Source: Planctomycetota bacterium
Lineage (GTDB): Bacteria > Planctomycetota > UBA1135 > UBA2386
DNA length: 64,000 bases
Direction: 5' to 3'
NCBI GenBank assembly: GCA_947501605.1
Contig: CANMWZ010000001.1
Location: forward strand, 256,001-320,000
Shown piece after piece: positions 19,019 through 29,432 of the stretch. The translations under genes were made by a program, and so were the position numbers. The notes beneath the pieces were generated by a model. That model searched no databases. It worked only from the letters and a program-made list of their open reading frames with translations, and had not been told where the DNA came from. Numbering within the stretch: position 1 is the stretch's first letter; each line of letters opens with the position of its first letter.

Positions 19019-20689
19019 ATGGACCAGCACGCGATCGCGCACTTCCCGCCGCTCCTGCAGGGCTTCGACCTCCGGTCGATGCCGGTCCTTCGCACCGACG
19101 TGCTGGTGATCGGTGGCGGCATCGCTGGCTCGAGCGCGGCTCTGCATGCGGCGGATGCGGGCGCCGAAGTGCTGATGCTGACCAAGAGCCCGTTCAGCGA
19201 AACCAACACTTCCTGGGCCCAGGGTGGCATCGCAGCCGCCCAGCGAGCTGACGATAGCCTCGACCTGCACATCCTGGACACCCTGAAGGTCGGCATCGGC
19301 CTCAGTGACCGCACCGTCACTCGCGCGGTGGTCGCCGGCGCTCGCGATGCTCTGGCTTGGCTGCAACAACTGGGAGCCAACTTCGACCGCGAGGGCGGCG
19401 AGTTGGCGCTGTCGCGCGAAGGCGGCCACACCCGACACCGGGTCATTCATGCGGGCGGGGATTGCACCGGCGCCGAGATCCAACGAGCGCTGCTGGCCGC
19501 GGTCCAGCGCCACCCTCGCATCACACTCCGCTCGCCCGCGTTCGTCCGCGATCTCGTCGTTGCCAGCGGGCGCTGCTGCGGCGCGATCGTCGACGTCGAC
19601 GGCGCGGAACTCGCCGTCGAAGCCGGGTCAGCCGTGGTCGCGACCGGCGGAGCCGGCCAGATCTACCGCGAGACGACGAACCCCACGGGCGCCAGCGGCG
19701 ATGGCCACGCTCTCTGTTTTCGAGCCGGCGCGAGGATCGCCGACTGTGAGTTCGTTCAGTTCCACCCGACCACGCTGTACATCGCAGGGGCCTCGCGATT
19801 CCTGATCAGCGAAGTGGTCCGCGGCGCCGGAGCCGTACTCCGCGATCGCAATGGCACCGCCTTCATGCAAGGCGCGCACCCGATGGCCGACCTGGCGCCA
19901 CGCGACGTCACGAGCCGCTGCATCCTCGACCGCATGGTCGCGACGGGAGACACGAACGTCTACCTCGACCTCCGCCAGGTCGACGGCGACCCGGTGAAGC
20001 GCTTTCCATCGATCGCCAAGATCTGCAGCGCCTTCGACCTGGACCTACGCACGGACCTGATCCCGGTGCGACCTGGCGCGCACTACATGGTTGGCGGCGC
20101 GGTCACCGATCTCGATGGCCGCACTTCGGTGCCAGGCCTGTTCGCCGCCGGGGAGGTTGCCAGCACTGGCCTGCACGGCGCCAACCGACTCGCTTCGAAC
20201 TCGCTGCTCGAGGGCGCCGTGCTCGGCAAACAGGCGGGCATCGCGAGCGCCGCCCTCGCCAGAACGCACAGCAGCCAACTACCGCGCACTGCGACCGGTG
20301 CGCCGATGGTCGAAAACCCCCCGCGGCTCCAACTTGACGACCTGCTCTACTCGCTCAAGAGCCTGATGTGGCGGCAGGTCGGCCTGCGCCGGACAGCCGA
20401 AGGCCTCGCCGACGCGCAGGCGCGCATCGCCTACTGGCACCACTATCTCCAGCGCGCCGCGACTCCGGACCGCCGTGTGCTCGAACTGTCGAACATGCTG
20501 ACCGTGGCCGCCCTCGTCACCGAGGGCGCATGTCTGCGCGCTGAGTCCCGCGGCACCCACTACCGCGACGATCGACCAGCACGCGACGACGCGACGTTCT
20601 GCCGACGGATCTTCCTGCAGCGCGGCGCGGATGGTCAGATTGTCGCGGAGCAGGGCCCACTCTTCGAGCCCACGGACCAGCAGGCGTGA
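19019..20689 (+). CDS. nadB: L-aspartate oxidase
   Basis: GGGIAG, NTSWAQGGIAA, EGGH...R..HAGGD.TG, EFVQFHPT, LAPRD, AHY.VGG, GLHGANRLASNSLLEG, ESRG.HYR.D. Confidence 0.95.
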   Translation: MDQHAIAHFPPLLQGFDLRSMPVLRTDVLVIGGGIAGSSAALHAADAGAEVLMLTKSPFSETNTSWAQGGIAAAQRADDSLDLHILDTLKVGIGLSDRTVTRAVVAGARDALAWLQQLGANFDREGGELALSREGGHTRHRVIHAGGDCTGAEIQRALLAAVQRHPRITLRSPAFVRDLVVASGRCCGAIVDVDGAELAVEAGSAVVATGGAGQIYRETTNPTGASGDGHALCFRAGARIADCEFVQFHPTTLYIAGASRFLISEVVRGAGAVLRDRNGTAFMQGAHPMADLAPRDVTSRCILDRMVATGDTNVYLDLRQVDGDPVKRFPSIAKICSAFDLDLRTDLIPVRPGAHYMVGGAVTDLDGRTSVPGLFAAGEVASTGLHGANRLASNSLLEGAVLGKQAGIASAALARTHSSQLPRTATGAPMVENPPRLQLDDLLYSLKSLMWRQVGLRRTAEGLADAQARIAYWHHYLQRAATPDRRVLELSNMLTVAALVTEGACLRAESRGTHYRDDRPARDDATFCRRIFLQRGADGQIVAEQGPLFEPTDQQA

Positions 20690-22098
20690 CCAACCCACAA
20701 GACATCGAACGCGACTACAGCGCCGGACACGGCACGGAAGCCGTGTTGTTCGGCGTAGTCCAGCACGGCGAGCAACGCACCGCAGCAGAGGCGTTGCATG
20801 AACTCCAGTTGCTGGCGAGCACTGCCGACTACGTGGTCGCCGGCTGCATGGTCCAGCACCGGCGCCATCCCGATCCGCACACCTACCTCGGCGCTGGCAA
20901 GCTCGCCGAGTTGGCCGAGGTCGTGAAGCTCGCGCGCTCTGGTGCGGTGATCTGCGATGACTCGCTGACACCCAACCAGGCGCGACACGTCGAGACGGCC
21001 GTCGGCGTGCCGGTTCTCGATCGCAGCGAACTGATCCTTCAGATCTTCTCGATGCACGCCCGCACGCCGCAAGCCCGACTGCAGGTCGAACTGGCGGCAC
21101 TGCAGTACGAGATGCCTCGACTGCGCCGCAAGTGGACCCACCTCGAGCGCCAGCGCGGCGGCATCGGCGTTCGCGGCGGCGCTGGCGAGAAACAGATCGA
21201 CGTCGATCGCCACATGCTCCGCCAACGCATCTCAGCGGTCGCGCGCGAACTCAAGGGCATTGAGCAGCACAAGATCCGCGAAGTCGCAGCGCGCCCTGAA
21301 CTCTTCACGGTTGCACTCGTCGGCTACACCAACGCCGGCAAGTCGTCACTGATGAACCGCCTCTGCGATGCTGGCGTGCTCGCCGAGAACAAGCTGTTTT
21401 CGACGCTCGACACCCGCACCCGCCCTTGGCGACTCCCCGGCGGCCGCACGATCCTGCTCACCGACACCGTCGGCTTCATCAAGAAGCTGCCGCACGAGCT
21501 GGTCGCGAGCTTCCATGCGACGCTCGAAGAAGCGCTGGCAGCGGACTTGTTGCTCGTCTTGATCGACGGCAGCTCCCCAGAAGCCGCCGAGCAGCTCGCG
21601 ACCGTCAACGAGGTTCTGGAGTCGTTGCATGCCGCCGATCTCGCGCGCATCACGGTGATCAACAAGTTGGACCTCGTCGCCGACCGCGGCAGTCTGGCTG
21701 AGCTCTGGCAATCGGATCAGCGGGCCGTCGCGATTTCGGCACTCACGGGGGAAGGCCTCGAGGAGCTCTTCTCCTCGATCCAGAGCCAGGTCGCGCAGGT
21801 CGAGAACCGTTGCTCTCTGCTGGTGCCGCATACCGCCGGCGCGCTGTTGTCGCACATTCGCGCCAAAGCCACGGTGCTGAGCGAGTTCTACACGCAGCAA
21901 GGCTGCCTCGTGGAAGTGCAAGTGTCCCCGGCACTGCTGGGGCGCCTCTTGTCCGAAGGGGCACGCTATGCCGAGCCCACGGACCTGCCGGCAGATGCGC
22001 CGGTACAGCTGGTTGCCGTCGACGACGACGACGACGACATCGACGAAGCACCCGCTACAACCCGCGACGCGGACGACCTCGACCCGCCACCCGCGTGA
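20686..22098 (+). CDS. hflX: GTPase HflX
   Basis: DR..LIL.IF..HART, LQVELA.LQY..PRL, GYTNAGKS, LFSTLDT, DTVGFI..LP, NKLD, ISA..G. Confidence 0.96.
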   Translation: MTNPQDIERDYSAGHGTEAVLFGVVQHGEQRTAAEALHELQLLASTADYVVAGCMVQHRRHPDPHTYLGAGKLAELAEVVKLARSGAVICDDSLTPNQARHVETAVGVPVLDRSELILQIFSMHARTPQARLQVELAALQYEMPRLRRKWTHLERQRGGIGVRGGAGEKQIDVDRHMLRQRISAVARELKGIEQHKIREVAARPELFTVALVGYTNAGKSSLMNRLCDAGVLAENKLFSTLDTRTRPWRLPGGRTILLTDTVGFIKKLPHELVASFHATLEEALAADLLLVLIDGSSPEAAEQLATVNEVLESLHAADLARITVINKLDLVADRGSLAELWQSDQRAVAISALTGEGLEELFSSIQSQVAQVENRCSLLVPHTAGALLSHIRAKATVLSEFYTQQGCLVEVQVSPALLGRLLSEGARYAEPTDLPADAPVQLVAVDDDDDDIDEAPATTRDADDLDPPPA

Positions 22099-22287
22099 CC
22101 AGACGGCTGGAAACAGCCTTCCACATGCCCCGGTGAGCGAGGCTGAGCCACGACGGACGAGGGCCAGGGATGACCTCGCCGCGGGATCCTGTGATTCCGA
22201 GCAGCGATCGCGACACCGCCAACGGCCGCCCCAGTGGGCAGCAGCCCTTGGCGAAATGGGAAACGAGCTCCAGGGTCTTGGCCGGCG

Positions 22288-25200
22288 CTACGCGAGGACC
22301 ACCAGCAGATCGCCACCCTGCACGCGAGCGTTGACGTCGGTGCACAGCTCGCGAACGGTTCCAGCGTGCGGCGCTCGCACCACAGTCTCCATCTTCATGG
22401 CTTCGAGTGTCAGCAGCTGGGCGCCGGCCTCGATCACCTCCCCTTCGCGCACGTGCACAGCGATCACGCGGCCCGGCATCGGCGAACCGATCTCGCCCGG
22501 ACGGCCGGCGTCGGCGCGACGCCGAGTTTCGACGGTCTTCGCCAACGACTTGTCGGGCACCGTGACGTGCCGGTTTTGACCGTTGAGCTTCCAGTAGACA
22601 GTGACGTTGCCGTCGTCGTCGGGCTCCCCTACCGCCTCGAGAGCAATCACCAGCGTCTTCCCGGGTTCGATCTCGACCCACACTTCTTGACCGATCTCGA
22701 GTCCGTAGAAGTAGACCGGCGAAGTCAGCATCGAAACGTCCCCGCACTGCGCCACAAACCGGCAGTAGTCGTCGAGGACCCGCGGATAGAGCGCATAGCT
22801 CACGACATCGCGGAACGCCGGCTCGCGCCCCATCCGCAGAGCGAGATGCGCGTGTGCCTTCTGGAAGTCGAATGGTGGCAATCCATCGCTTGGGTTGCCG
22901 GTGACCACGGACTGGCCCTTCAGCACCGCATGCTGGAGATCGGCCGGGAAGCCGCCAGGAGGCTGACCAAGCTGGCCTTGGAAGTACTGCACGACGCTCT
23001 GCGGGAAGTCGAGGCGAACCGCGGCGGCCAGCACCCGTCGCCGCGTACCTTCGCACATGAGTTTGAAGTCCGCGTCGAACTCGAGCAGATCGTTCTGCAC
23101 CACGAAGATGGCGAAGTCGCCGACCATCTTGCTGCTCGGCGTGACCTTGGGGATGTCGCCGCACAACTGGTTGACGACCGCGAACGCGTGCTTCACGTCG
23201 TTCCAGCGGTGCAACAACCCGAGCGACGCGACCTGAGGGCGGAGGTTGCTGTACTGGCCCCCGGGGATCTCGTGGTAGTAGACCTCCGAAGTGCTGCTCT
23301 TGAGTCCGCACTCGAAGGGGGCGTAGTACTCGCGCACGGCCTCCCAGTAGTCGCACAGCGGCTGCATTGCCTTGTTCGTGAGCTTGGTCTCCTTGCTCGA
23401 ACCGCGCAGTGCTGCAATCAGCGCATTCATGCTCGGCTGCGACGTCAGCCCTGCCATTGGCGCCAACGCCACATCGACGATGTGCACGCCACAGTCGATT
23501 GCGGCCATGTAGGTCGCGACGCCGTTGCCCGACGTGTCGTGCGTGTGCAGGTGAATCGGCAGGGCAGTGACTTCGCGCAGCCGAGTCATCAGCAAGCGCG
23601 CAGCCTGCGGGCGCAACAGACCAGCCATGTCCTTGACGCACAGAATGTGGGCACCGAGGTCTTCGATGCGTCTGGCGAGGTCGGCGTAATAGTCGAGGCC
23701 GTACTTGGTGCGCGCTGGGTTGTCGACGTCGCCGGTGTAGCACATCGACACCTCGGCGATCTTGCCGGTCTTGAGCACGCGCTCGACCGACACCTTCATC
23801 GACGCCAGGTCATTGAGGCTGTCGAACACGCGGAACACGTCGATCCCGGCCCTTGCCGCTTCGTCGATGAAGCCCTCGACGACGTTCTGCGGGTAGCTCG
23901 TGTAGCCGACGGCGTTGGCGCCGCGCAGCAACATCTGGTGCATGACGTTGGGGATCGCCCGCTTCAGTTGGACGAGGCGATCCCACGGGTCTTCGTCGAG
24001 GAACCGGTAGGCGACGTCAAAGGTCGCGCCGCCCCACGTCTCCATGCTGAACAACTGGTGGCCCAAGTACGCCGTTGCGTGGGCCACAGCGATCATGTCC
24101 TTGGTCCGCACACGTGTCGCCAGCAACGACTGGTGCGCATCGCGCATCGTCGTGTCGGTGAGGAGCGGGTGCTTCTGGTTCTTGATCCACTCGACGATCT
24201 TGGCCGGCCCGCCCTCGTTCAGGATCGTGGCCGAGCCTGGCGGCAGCGGCTCGTTGGGAACCTTCGGGATGGGTCCGCTGAGGAAGTTGATGTCCTTCGG
24301 CCGTTGCTCCTTCTTGATCGTCGCGTGGCCGTTGACCACGACGTCGGCAAGATAGGTCAGCAGCTTGGTCGCTCGGTCCTTGCTGCGCTGAAACTCGAAC
24401 AGCGCCGGGGTCTCTTCGATGAAGCGCGTCCACGTCGCCCCGCGCAGGAACGTCTCGTGCACCAAGACGTTCTGCAGGAAGGGCAGGTTGGTCTTCACGC
24501 CGCGAATGCGAAACTCGCGCAGCGCCCGCAGTCCCTTCTGAGCCGCATGGGCCAGCGTCGGCCCATAGGTGATGCACTTCACCAAGAGCGAGTCGTAGTG
24601 ACCTGAAACCACGGTGCCGGCGAGCCCGTCGCCGCCATCCAGGCGAAGACCGAAGCCACCGGGAGCGCGGTAGGCGAGAATGGTGCCGGTATCAGGCAAG
24701 AAGTCGTTCGATGGGTCCTCGGTGGTGATGCGACACTGGATCGCATACCCGCGCGGACGCACGGCATTCTGCGAATAGATGCCGATCTCAGGACTCGCGA
24801 GTGCATGCCCCTCCTCGATGCGGATCTGCGCCTGCACGATATCGACGCCGGTGACTTGCTCGGTGACCGTGTGCTCGACCTGCAACCGAGGATTGACCTC
24901 GATGAAGTAGTGCTGTTCGTCGGCAACCAAGTACTCGAAGGTGCCGGCGTTGTGGTAGCCGACCGAGCGCGCGATCTTCAGCGTGTCCTCGAGCAGTCGC
25001 TGCCGCACTTGCTCACCGAGGTTTGGCGCCGGCGCGATCTCGACCACCTTTTGGTGACGTCGCTGAACCGAGCAGTCGCGTTCAAACAGGTGAACGACGT
25101 TACCGGTGAGGTCGCCCAGGACCTGCACTTCGATGTGGCGTACGCGCGGCAGAAACTTCTCGAGGAACACGACCGGACTGCCGAAGGCCGCCATCGACTC

Positions 25201-25779
25201 CGACCGAGCCTGCTGCAGGTACTGCTGCATCTGGCGCGCGTTCTCGACGACGCGCATGCCGCGCCCGCCGCCGCCGTGCGCAGCCTTGACCAACGTGGTC
25301 CCGTGCTTCGCGAAGAACTCGTTCGCGGCGCTGGCCGCTGCAGCCTCGTCGCCGGGCAACTCGATGCCGGGAACGGTCGGGACCCGGAGCTTCTCGGCTT
25401 CATGGCGTCCAGAGACCTTGTCCCCGATGGCGCGGATCACACTGCCGCGCGGTCCGATGAACGCGATGCCGGCCTTGCGAACGGCGTCGGCGAAGTCGGC
25501 GTTCTCGGACAAGAACCCATAGCCTGGATGGATCGCATCGACTCTCGCGCGTCGCGCGATCTCGAGGATCGCCTCCTGGTCGAGGTAGGCCTTGACTGGG
25601 TGCTTGCCCTTGCCGACGAGATAGCTCTCGTCCGCTTTGTAGCGATGCTGGTTGGTCGCATCCTCCTCGCTGAAGATGGCAACCGTGCGGATGCCGAGTT
25701 CGGCACATGCGCGGAACACGCGAATGGCGATCTCGCCGCGATTGGCACAGAGCAACTTGTGGAACGGTCGTACTTCCAT
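22288..25779 (-). CDS. pyc: Pyruvate carboxylase
   Basis: ANRGEIA, GGGGRGMR, ERDCSVQRRHQK, DTTMRDAHQSLLATR, KDMAG, HLHTHD, KVTPSSK, biotin site EAMKME. Confidence 0.98.
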   Translation of the reverse strand: MEVRPFHKLLCANRGEIAIRVFRACAELGIRTVAIFSEEDATNQHRYKADESYLVGKGKHPVKAYLDQEAILEIARRARVDAIHPGYGFLSENADFADAVRKAGIAFIGPRGSVIRAIGDKVSGRHEAEKLRVPTVPGIELPGDEAAAASAANEFFAKHGTTLVKAAHGGGGRGMRVVENARQMQQYLQQARSESMAAFGSPVVFLEKFLPRVRHIEVQVLGDLTGNVVHLFERDCSVQRRHQKVVEIAPAPNLGEQVRQRLLEDTLKIARSVGYHNAGTFEYLVADEQHYFIEVNPRLQVEHTVTEQVTGVDIVQAQIRIEEGHALASPEIGIYSQNAVRPRGYAIQCRITTEDPSNDFLPDTGTILAYRAPGGFGLRLDGGDGLAGTVVSGHYDSLLVKCITYGPTLAHAAQKGLRALREFRIRGVKTNLPFLQNVLVHETFLRGATWTRFIEETPALFEFQRSKDRATKLLTYLADVVVNGHATIKKEQRPKDINFLSGPIPKVPNEPLPPGSATILNEGGPAKIVEWIKNQKHPLLTDTTMRDAHQSLLATRVRTKDMIAVAHATAYLGHQLFSMETWGGATFDVAYRFLDEDPWDRLVQLKRAIPNVMHQMLLRGANAVGYTSYPQNVVEGFIDEAARAGIDVFRVFDSLNDLASMKVSVERVLKTGKIAEVSMCYTGDVDNPARTKYGLDYYADLARRIEDLGAHILCVKDMAGLLRPQAARLLMTRLREVTALPIHLHTHDTSGNGVATYMAAIDCGVHIVDVALAPMAGLTSQPSMNALIAALRGSSKETKLTNKAMQPLCDYWEAVREYYAPFECGLKSSTSEVYYHEIPGGQYSNLRPQVASLGLLHRWNDVKHAFAVVNQLCGDIPKVTPSSKMVGDFAIFVVQNDLLEFDADFKLMCEGTRRRVLAAAVRLDFPQSVVQYFQGQLGQPPGGFPADLQHAVLKGQSVVTGNPSDGLPPFDFQKAHAHLALRMGREPAFRDVVSYALYPRVLDDYCRFVAQCGDVSMLTSPVYFYGLEIGQEVWVEIEPGKTLVIALEAVGEPDDDGNVTVYWKLNGQNRHVTVPDKSLAKTVETRRRADAGRPGEIGSPMPGRVIAVHVREGEVIEAGAQLLTLEAMKMETVVRAPHAGTVRELCTDVNARVQGGDLLVVLA

Positions 25780-25806
25780 GGGCGCGTCTTGGCGGGCGCT
25801 ACGAAC

Positions 25807-26283
25807 CTAGGGGATCCACGCGCCTTCGGCCCTCCCCTTTTCGGCGGAGTCCTGCGGAAGGCTTGTGCCGATGTCACCGCGCTCTGCTGGCCCGTCGAAT
25901 CGGATGCCCGAAAACACGTCGGGCACCTGACCTGCACAGATCGAGACCGCAACCACCGTGGCCACACACACCGTCACCACCACGGTGTTCGCCACTACAG
26001 GCCAGAACTCCGTGCGCCGGGTCGCCAGCCTGCGAACTTCCACCAGGGGCACCTGCCACGACGAACCGTCGACATCTCCCACGAGCACCTGCACCGAACC
26101 GACCTGTTCCAGATGAGGATCCGCAATCACGAGCGACTTCCCGTCGTCGAACTGGACCTTCGCATCGCGGGCACCGAGGAGGGCCTCTCGAGAGCACGGC
26201 AGCGGCGTCTCGCGCCACGGAGCGACCGTGCAAGAAACCGACAGGAGCAGGACGAACCACGACAGCAGGGCGATTGGGTGCAT
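25807..26283 (-). CDS. Hypothetical lipoprotein/membrane protein
   Basis: Signal peptide ending LSVS|C, second hydrophobic segment; co-oriented between neighbours. Confidence 0.55.
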   Translation of the reverse strand: MHPIALLSWFVLLLSVSCTVAPWRETPLPCSREALLGARDAKVQFDDGKSLVIADPHLEQVGSVQVLVGDVDGSSWQVPLVEVRRLATRRTEFWPVVANTVVVTVCVATVVAVSICAGQVPDVFSGIRFDGPAERGDIGTSLPQDSAEKGRAEGAWIP

Positions 26284-26379
26284 GAAGAAGCGGTGCCCAG
26301 CGCAGCCCGCTTCGATGCGTTCGCGACGGCGACCGCGCCGCGGGCCCTCGCCCGCGGCAGCGCCACCGCGGCCGGGCCG

Positions 26380-27357
26380 TCAGCCGACCGGGAACATCGC
26401 GTCGAGCTTCGCCGCGAGTTCAGGTGGGACCACGAGGTCGACCGCCTTGAGGTTGTCCTTCAACTGGTCCTTCGTGCGCGCCCCGACCAGCACCGAGGCC
26501 ACGTGCGGGTTCTGCATGCAGAACGCGAGGGCGAGGTTCGACGCCGACATGCCGTGTTCTTCGGCCAACGTCTTGAACCGCTGTGCCAGCTCCAGGCGCT
26601 CCGGCGTCATGTACGGCTTCACCTGCTTGTTGACGCGATCGTCGGCAGCGCGCGAGTCCGCTGGCAGCGGCTGACCTGGCACGTACTTCCCGGACAACAC
26701 GCCCTGCGCCATCGGCGAGAACACGATCTGGCCGAGTCCGAGTTGCGCGCTCTTCGGCGCGATCTCGCGCTCGATCGAACGATCGAACAGGTTGTACTCC
26801 GGCTGATTGCTGATCGGGGCATGGAGGCCGTGCTGCTCGCACAAATGCACGACATCGGCGATCTGCTGCGCCGTCCAACTCGACGTTCCCCAGTAGAGCA
26901 CCTTGCCCTTCTGAACCAGGTGGTCCATCGCCCGCGCGGTCTCGAGCAACGGCGTCTCCGGGTCGAATCGATGGCACTGGTAGAGGTCGATGTAGTCGAC
27001 TCCGAGTCGCTTCAGCGAAGCGTCGCAGGCCTCTAGAACGTGTTTGCGCGACAAGCCCTTGTCGTTGACGTCCTCACTCAGCGGGAAGAAGCACTTCGTC
27101 GCGAGCACGAGACAGTGCCGAGGAAGTTCTTTGATGGCCGCGCCGAGAGCGATCTCGGCGACCCCGATCACGACCTCCTTCTTCTTGCCGCGCTTGTAGA
27201 CGTCGGCGGTGTCAAACAGGTTGACGCCGAGTTCGAAGGCCTTGCCGACCAGTGTCGAACTGAGGTCCTGCTCCAGCGTGTTGCCGAGAGTGAGCCACGA
27301 CCCGAGGCCGGCGCAGCTGACCTTGAGACCGGAGTTGCCGAGATTGCGATACTTCAT
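26380..27357 (-). CDS. Aldo/keto reductase (Kv-beta-like)
   Basis: MKYRNLGNSGLKVS..GLGSWLT, DTADVY, ATK, SLKRLGVDYIDLYQCHR, GKVLYWGTS, SNQPEYN. Confidence 0.95.
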   Translation of the reverse strand: MKYRNLGNSGLKVSCAGLGSWLTLGNTLEQDLSSTLVGKAFELGVNLFDTADVYKRGKKKEVVIGVAEIALGAAIKELPRHCLVLATKCFFPLSEDVNDKGLSRKHVLEACDASLKRLGVDYIDLYQCHRFDPETPLLETARAMDHLVQKGKVLYWGTSSWTAQQIADVVHLCEQHGLHAPISNQPEYNLFDRSIEREIAPKSAQLGLGQIVFSPMAQGVLSGKYVPGQPLPADSRAADDRVNKQVKPYMTPERLELAQRFKTLAEEHGMSASNLALAFCMQNPHVASVLVGARTKDQLKDNLKAVDLVVPPELAAKLDAMFPVG

Positions 27358-27379
27358 GAATGGGTGCTCGTTGAGGTGC

Positions 27380-28210
27380 TCATTGCCGCGGCAGGACTCG
27401 AACGACGACCTGCATGTCGTGGCGAGCGCCGGGTGCCAGCGTGATCGCATCGTCGCGAACCAACGCCTGCTCGACGCAGACCATCTTGTCCCACTCGGCA
27501 GCAGCGAGGTCGGACATCGAAGCCGCCTTCTCCTGCCCCGGATGCCAGACCAGCGTCGACCGCAGCCCGCGCTTCGCGAGTTCGATGCGTCGCCCGAACA
27601 CCGGATCGTCGACGACGACCGTGGCGTCGGTGCCGTGGAAGAACCGTTCCGACTCACCGGTGATGCGAACCGGTTCGTTCGGCTGCACGGTGCGCAGCGC
27701 GCCTTTCAGGTGATCGACGCACGCCGCTCCTTCGAGCCCGTGGATGCGGATCTGCGTCACGTCGCCGACCGCGATGTAGGTGTGCAGCGAGAACTCGAAC
27801 GGATACGTCGTGGTACCGGTGTTCTCGACCGAGGCAGCGATGCGCAACTCGGTGCCCATCTCGGCCGACAGGCGCAGGCGGAAACCGTGGTCCCACTCCT
27901 TGCGCGTCTTGCTGCCGTCCTCGGTCTCGAGACAAACGCGGCCCGCGGCCAGGTCCGTCGCGGACTCGACCACCTTCCACTCTCGTCGCCGCACGACGCC
28001 GTGGGCCTTGCCCTTCCCCTGCGGATCCTCGCCGAACCACGGGAAGATCACCGGAATGCCGCCGCGGATGGGTTTACCCGCTTCGAAGCGGCTCGCGCTG
28101 CTGACGAACAAGACGTCGCGATCGTCTGGTCCGCGGAAGCGCAGGATCTGCGCGCCCTGCGTGCACACCTCGCCGCGCGGAAGGCGCAGGTACTGCAGTT
28201 CGTCCGTCAT
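27380..28210 (-). CDS. D-hexose-6-phosphate mutarotase (aldose 1-epimerase family)
   Basis: QGAQIL, K.IRGGIPVIFPWFG, HG..R...W, LHTY..V.D, MVCVE. Confidence 0.9.
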   Translation of the reverse strand: MTDELQYLRLPRGEVCTQGAQILRFRGPDDRDVLFVSSASRFEAGKPIRGGIPVIFPWFGEDPQGKGKAHGVVRRREWKVVESATDLAAGRVCLETEDGSKTRKEWDHGFRLRLSAEMGTELRIAASVENTGTTTYPFEFSLHTYIAVGDVTQIRIHGLEGAACVDHLKGALRTVQPNEPVRITGESERFFHGTDATVVVDDPVFGRRIELAKRGLRSTLVWHPGQEKAASMSDLAAAEWDKMVCVEQALVRDDAITLAPGARHDMQVVVRVLPRQ

Positions 28211-28213
28211 GTG

Positions 28214-29347
28214 TCAGTATGGTCCAGGGCCATGGTCAGTGCGGTCATAGAAGTCCGGATCGACGTCGAGCCCGAGACCAGGCTTGGTCGGCAGAACCAA
28301 GTTGCCCTTGCCATCGAGCACGGGGGGATTGCGGAGCATGGCAAAGCCGTGCGCAAAATCGCCGACCGGAGGATCGTGCAGCACCTCGACAAACGGGACA
28401 TCGGGCGCCGCTGCGACTGCGTGCAGATGCGCGATCGTGCCGATGCCGCGCCCACCGTGGTGCGGCGCGATGCCGGTCCCGTGGTGTCGAGCCAGATCGA
28501 AGGCGCGCCTCAGGCCGGTGAGCCCGTCGACGACCATCGCATCGGGTTGCACGATGTCGTAGGCATGCTGGGCCAACAGCGGAACGAACTCCTGCAAGCG
28601 CAAGTTCTCGCCGCCGGCGATCGGGAGGTCGGTCTCGTCGCAGAGTCGCGCCAGTTCGTTCCAGGCATAGCGCGGTAGCGGTTCTTCGAGCCAACCGACA
28701 CCGAGCTCGTGCAGCTCGTGCGCCGTCTGAAGAGCCCGCGCGTAGTCCCAGCGCACGCCCGGCTGCCACTCGCCCGGCGATTGCGCTTGGTTGGCATCGC
28801 ACAGGATCGTGACGTCCGGTCCAACTGCCGCGCGCACGCGCGCAACTGCCTCGATGTCGCCACGAATCGTGTCAAAGTGCAACCGCAACTTGAGTGCGCG
28901 GAAACCCTGCTCCACCAGCGCTTCGGCGAGAAGTGCCCGTTCGCTCGGTGTCGACAACTGAACCAGGCTGGCGTAGACCGGCACGCGGTCGCGCTCACTG
29001 CCCCACAGTCGGTGCAAAGGCTGCCGAGCCACTTTGCCGCGTAGGTCCCACAGCGCGATGTCCACAGCCGCAGCGCCGCGCTGGTCGCGCATTGCATAGC
29101 GCATGCGCTCGAACAGACCCTCGACGTCGGCGGGGTCGGCGCCGAGAAGCAGCGGCCGAGCCACTTCCAACACGCGTCCCTTGGCCGCTGGACCGATGCC
29201 GAACAGCCCCTCGTCGGTGTGGATCTCCAGCAGCGATCCGCCGCCGCGCGCAAAGTGCATGCTGCCGCCTGGCTCCCAGGCCGGCTCGAGCGAACCCACG
29301 TCCTGCTTCAGACGCAGCGGGACGAGCCTGAGGTCGGTGATCTTCAT
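28214..29347 (-). CDS. Mandelate racemase/muconate lactonizing family enzyme (enolase superfamily)
   Basis: I.TDEG..GIG, AAVDIALWDLRGK, KLR, CDANQ, WLEEP, GGEN, QPD, PHH; start placed at MKITDL. Confidence 0.92.
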   Translation of the reverse strand: MKITDLRLVPLRLKQDVGSLEPAWEPGGSMHFARGGGSLLEIHTDEGLFGIGPAAKGRVLEVARPLLLGADPADVEGLFERMRYAMRDQRGAAAVDIALWDLRGKVARQPLHRLWGSERDRVPVYASLVQLSTPSERALLAEALVEQGFRALKLRLHFDTIRGDIEAVARVRAAVGPDVTILCDANQAQSPGEWQPGVRWDYARALQTAHELHELGVGWLEEPLPRYAWNELARLCDETDLPIAGGENLRLQEFVPLLAQHAYDIVQPDAMVVDGLTGLRRAFDLARHHGTGIAPHHGGRGIGTIAHLHAVAAAPDVPFVEVLHDPPVGDFAHGFAMLRNPPVLDGKGNLVLPTKPGLGLDVDPDFYDRTDHGPGPY

Positions 29348-29432
29348 CGCGCCACGCTGTCGTATCCGGATCGGCGCGACAGCGCGAGCGAACGCTTGCC
29401 GCGAACGCTCCGCGCCGTCACCATCGCTCAAC

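Noticed and set aside
22099..22287. Possible ncRNA between hflX and pyc (GGCTG-GAAA-CAGCC hairpin)
   Set aside because: Only one short hairpin, no recognisable family and no second copy
22234..27036. Very long antisense ORFs (790 and 743 aa) opposite pyc, and similar ones elsewhere
   Set aside because: Shadow frames expected from high GC3 codon usage; no recognisable motifs
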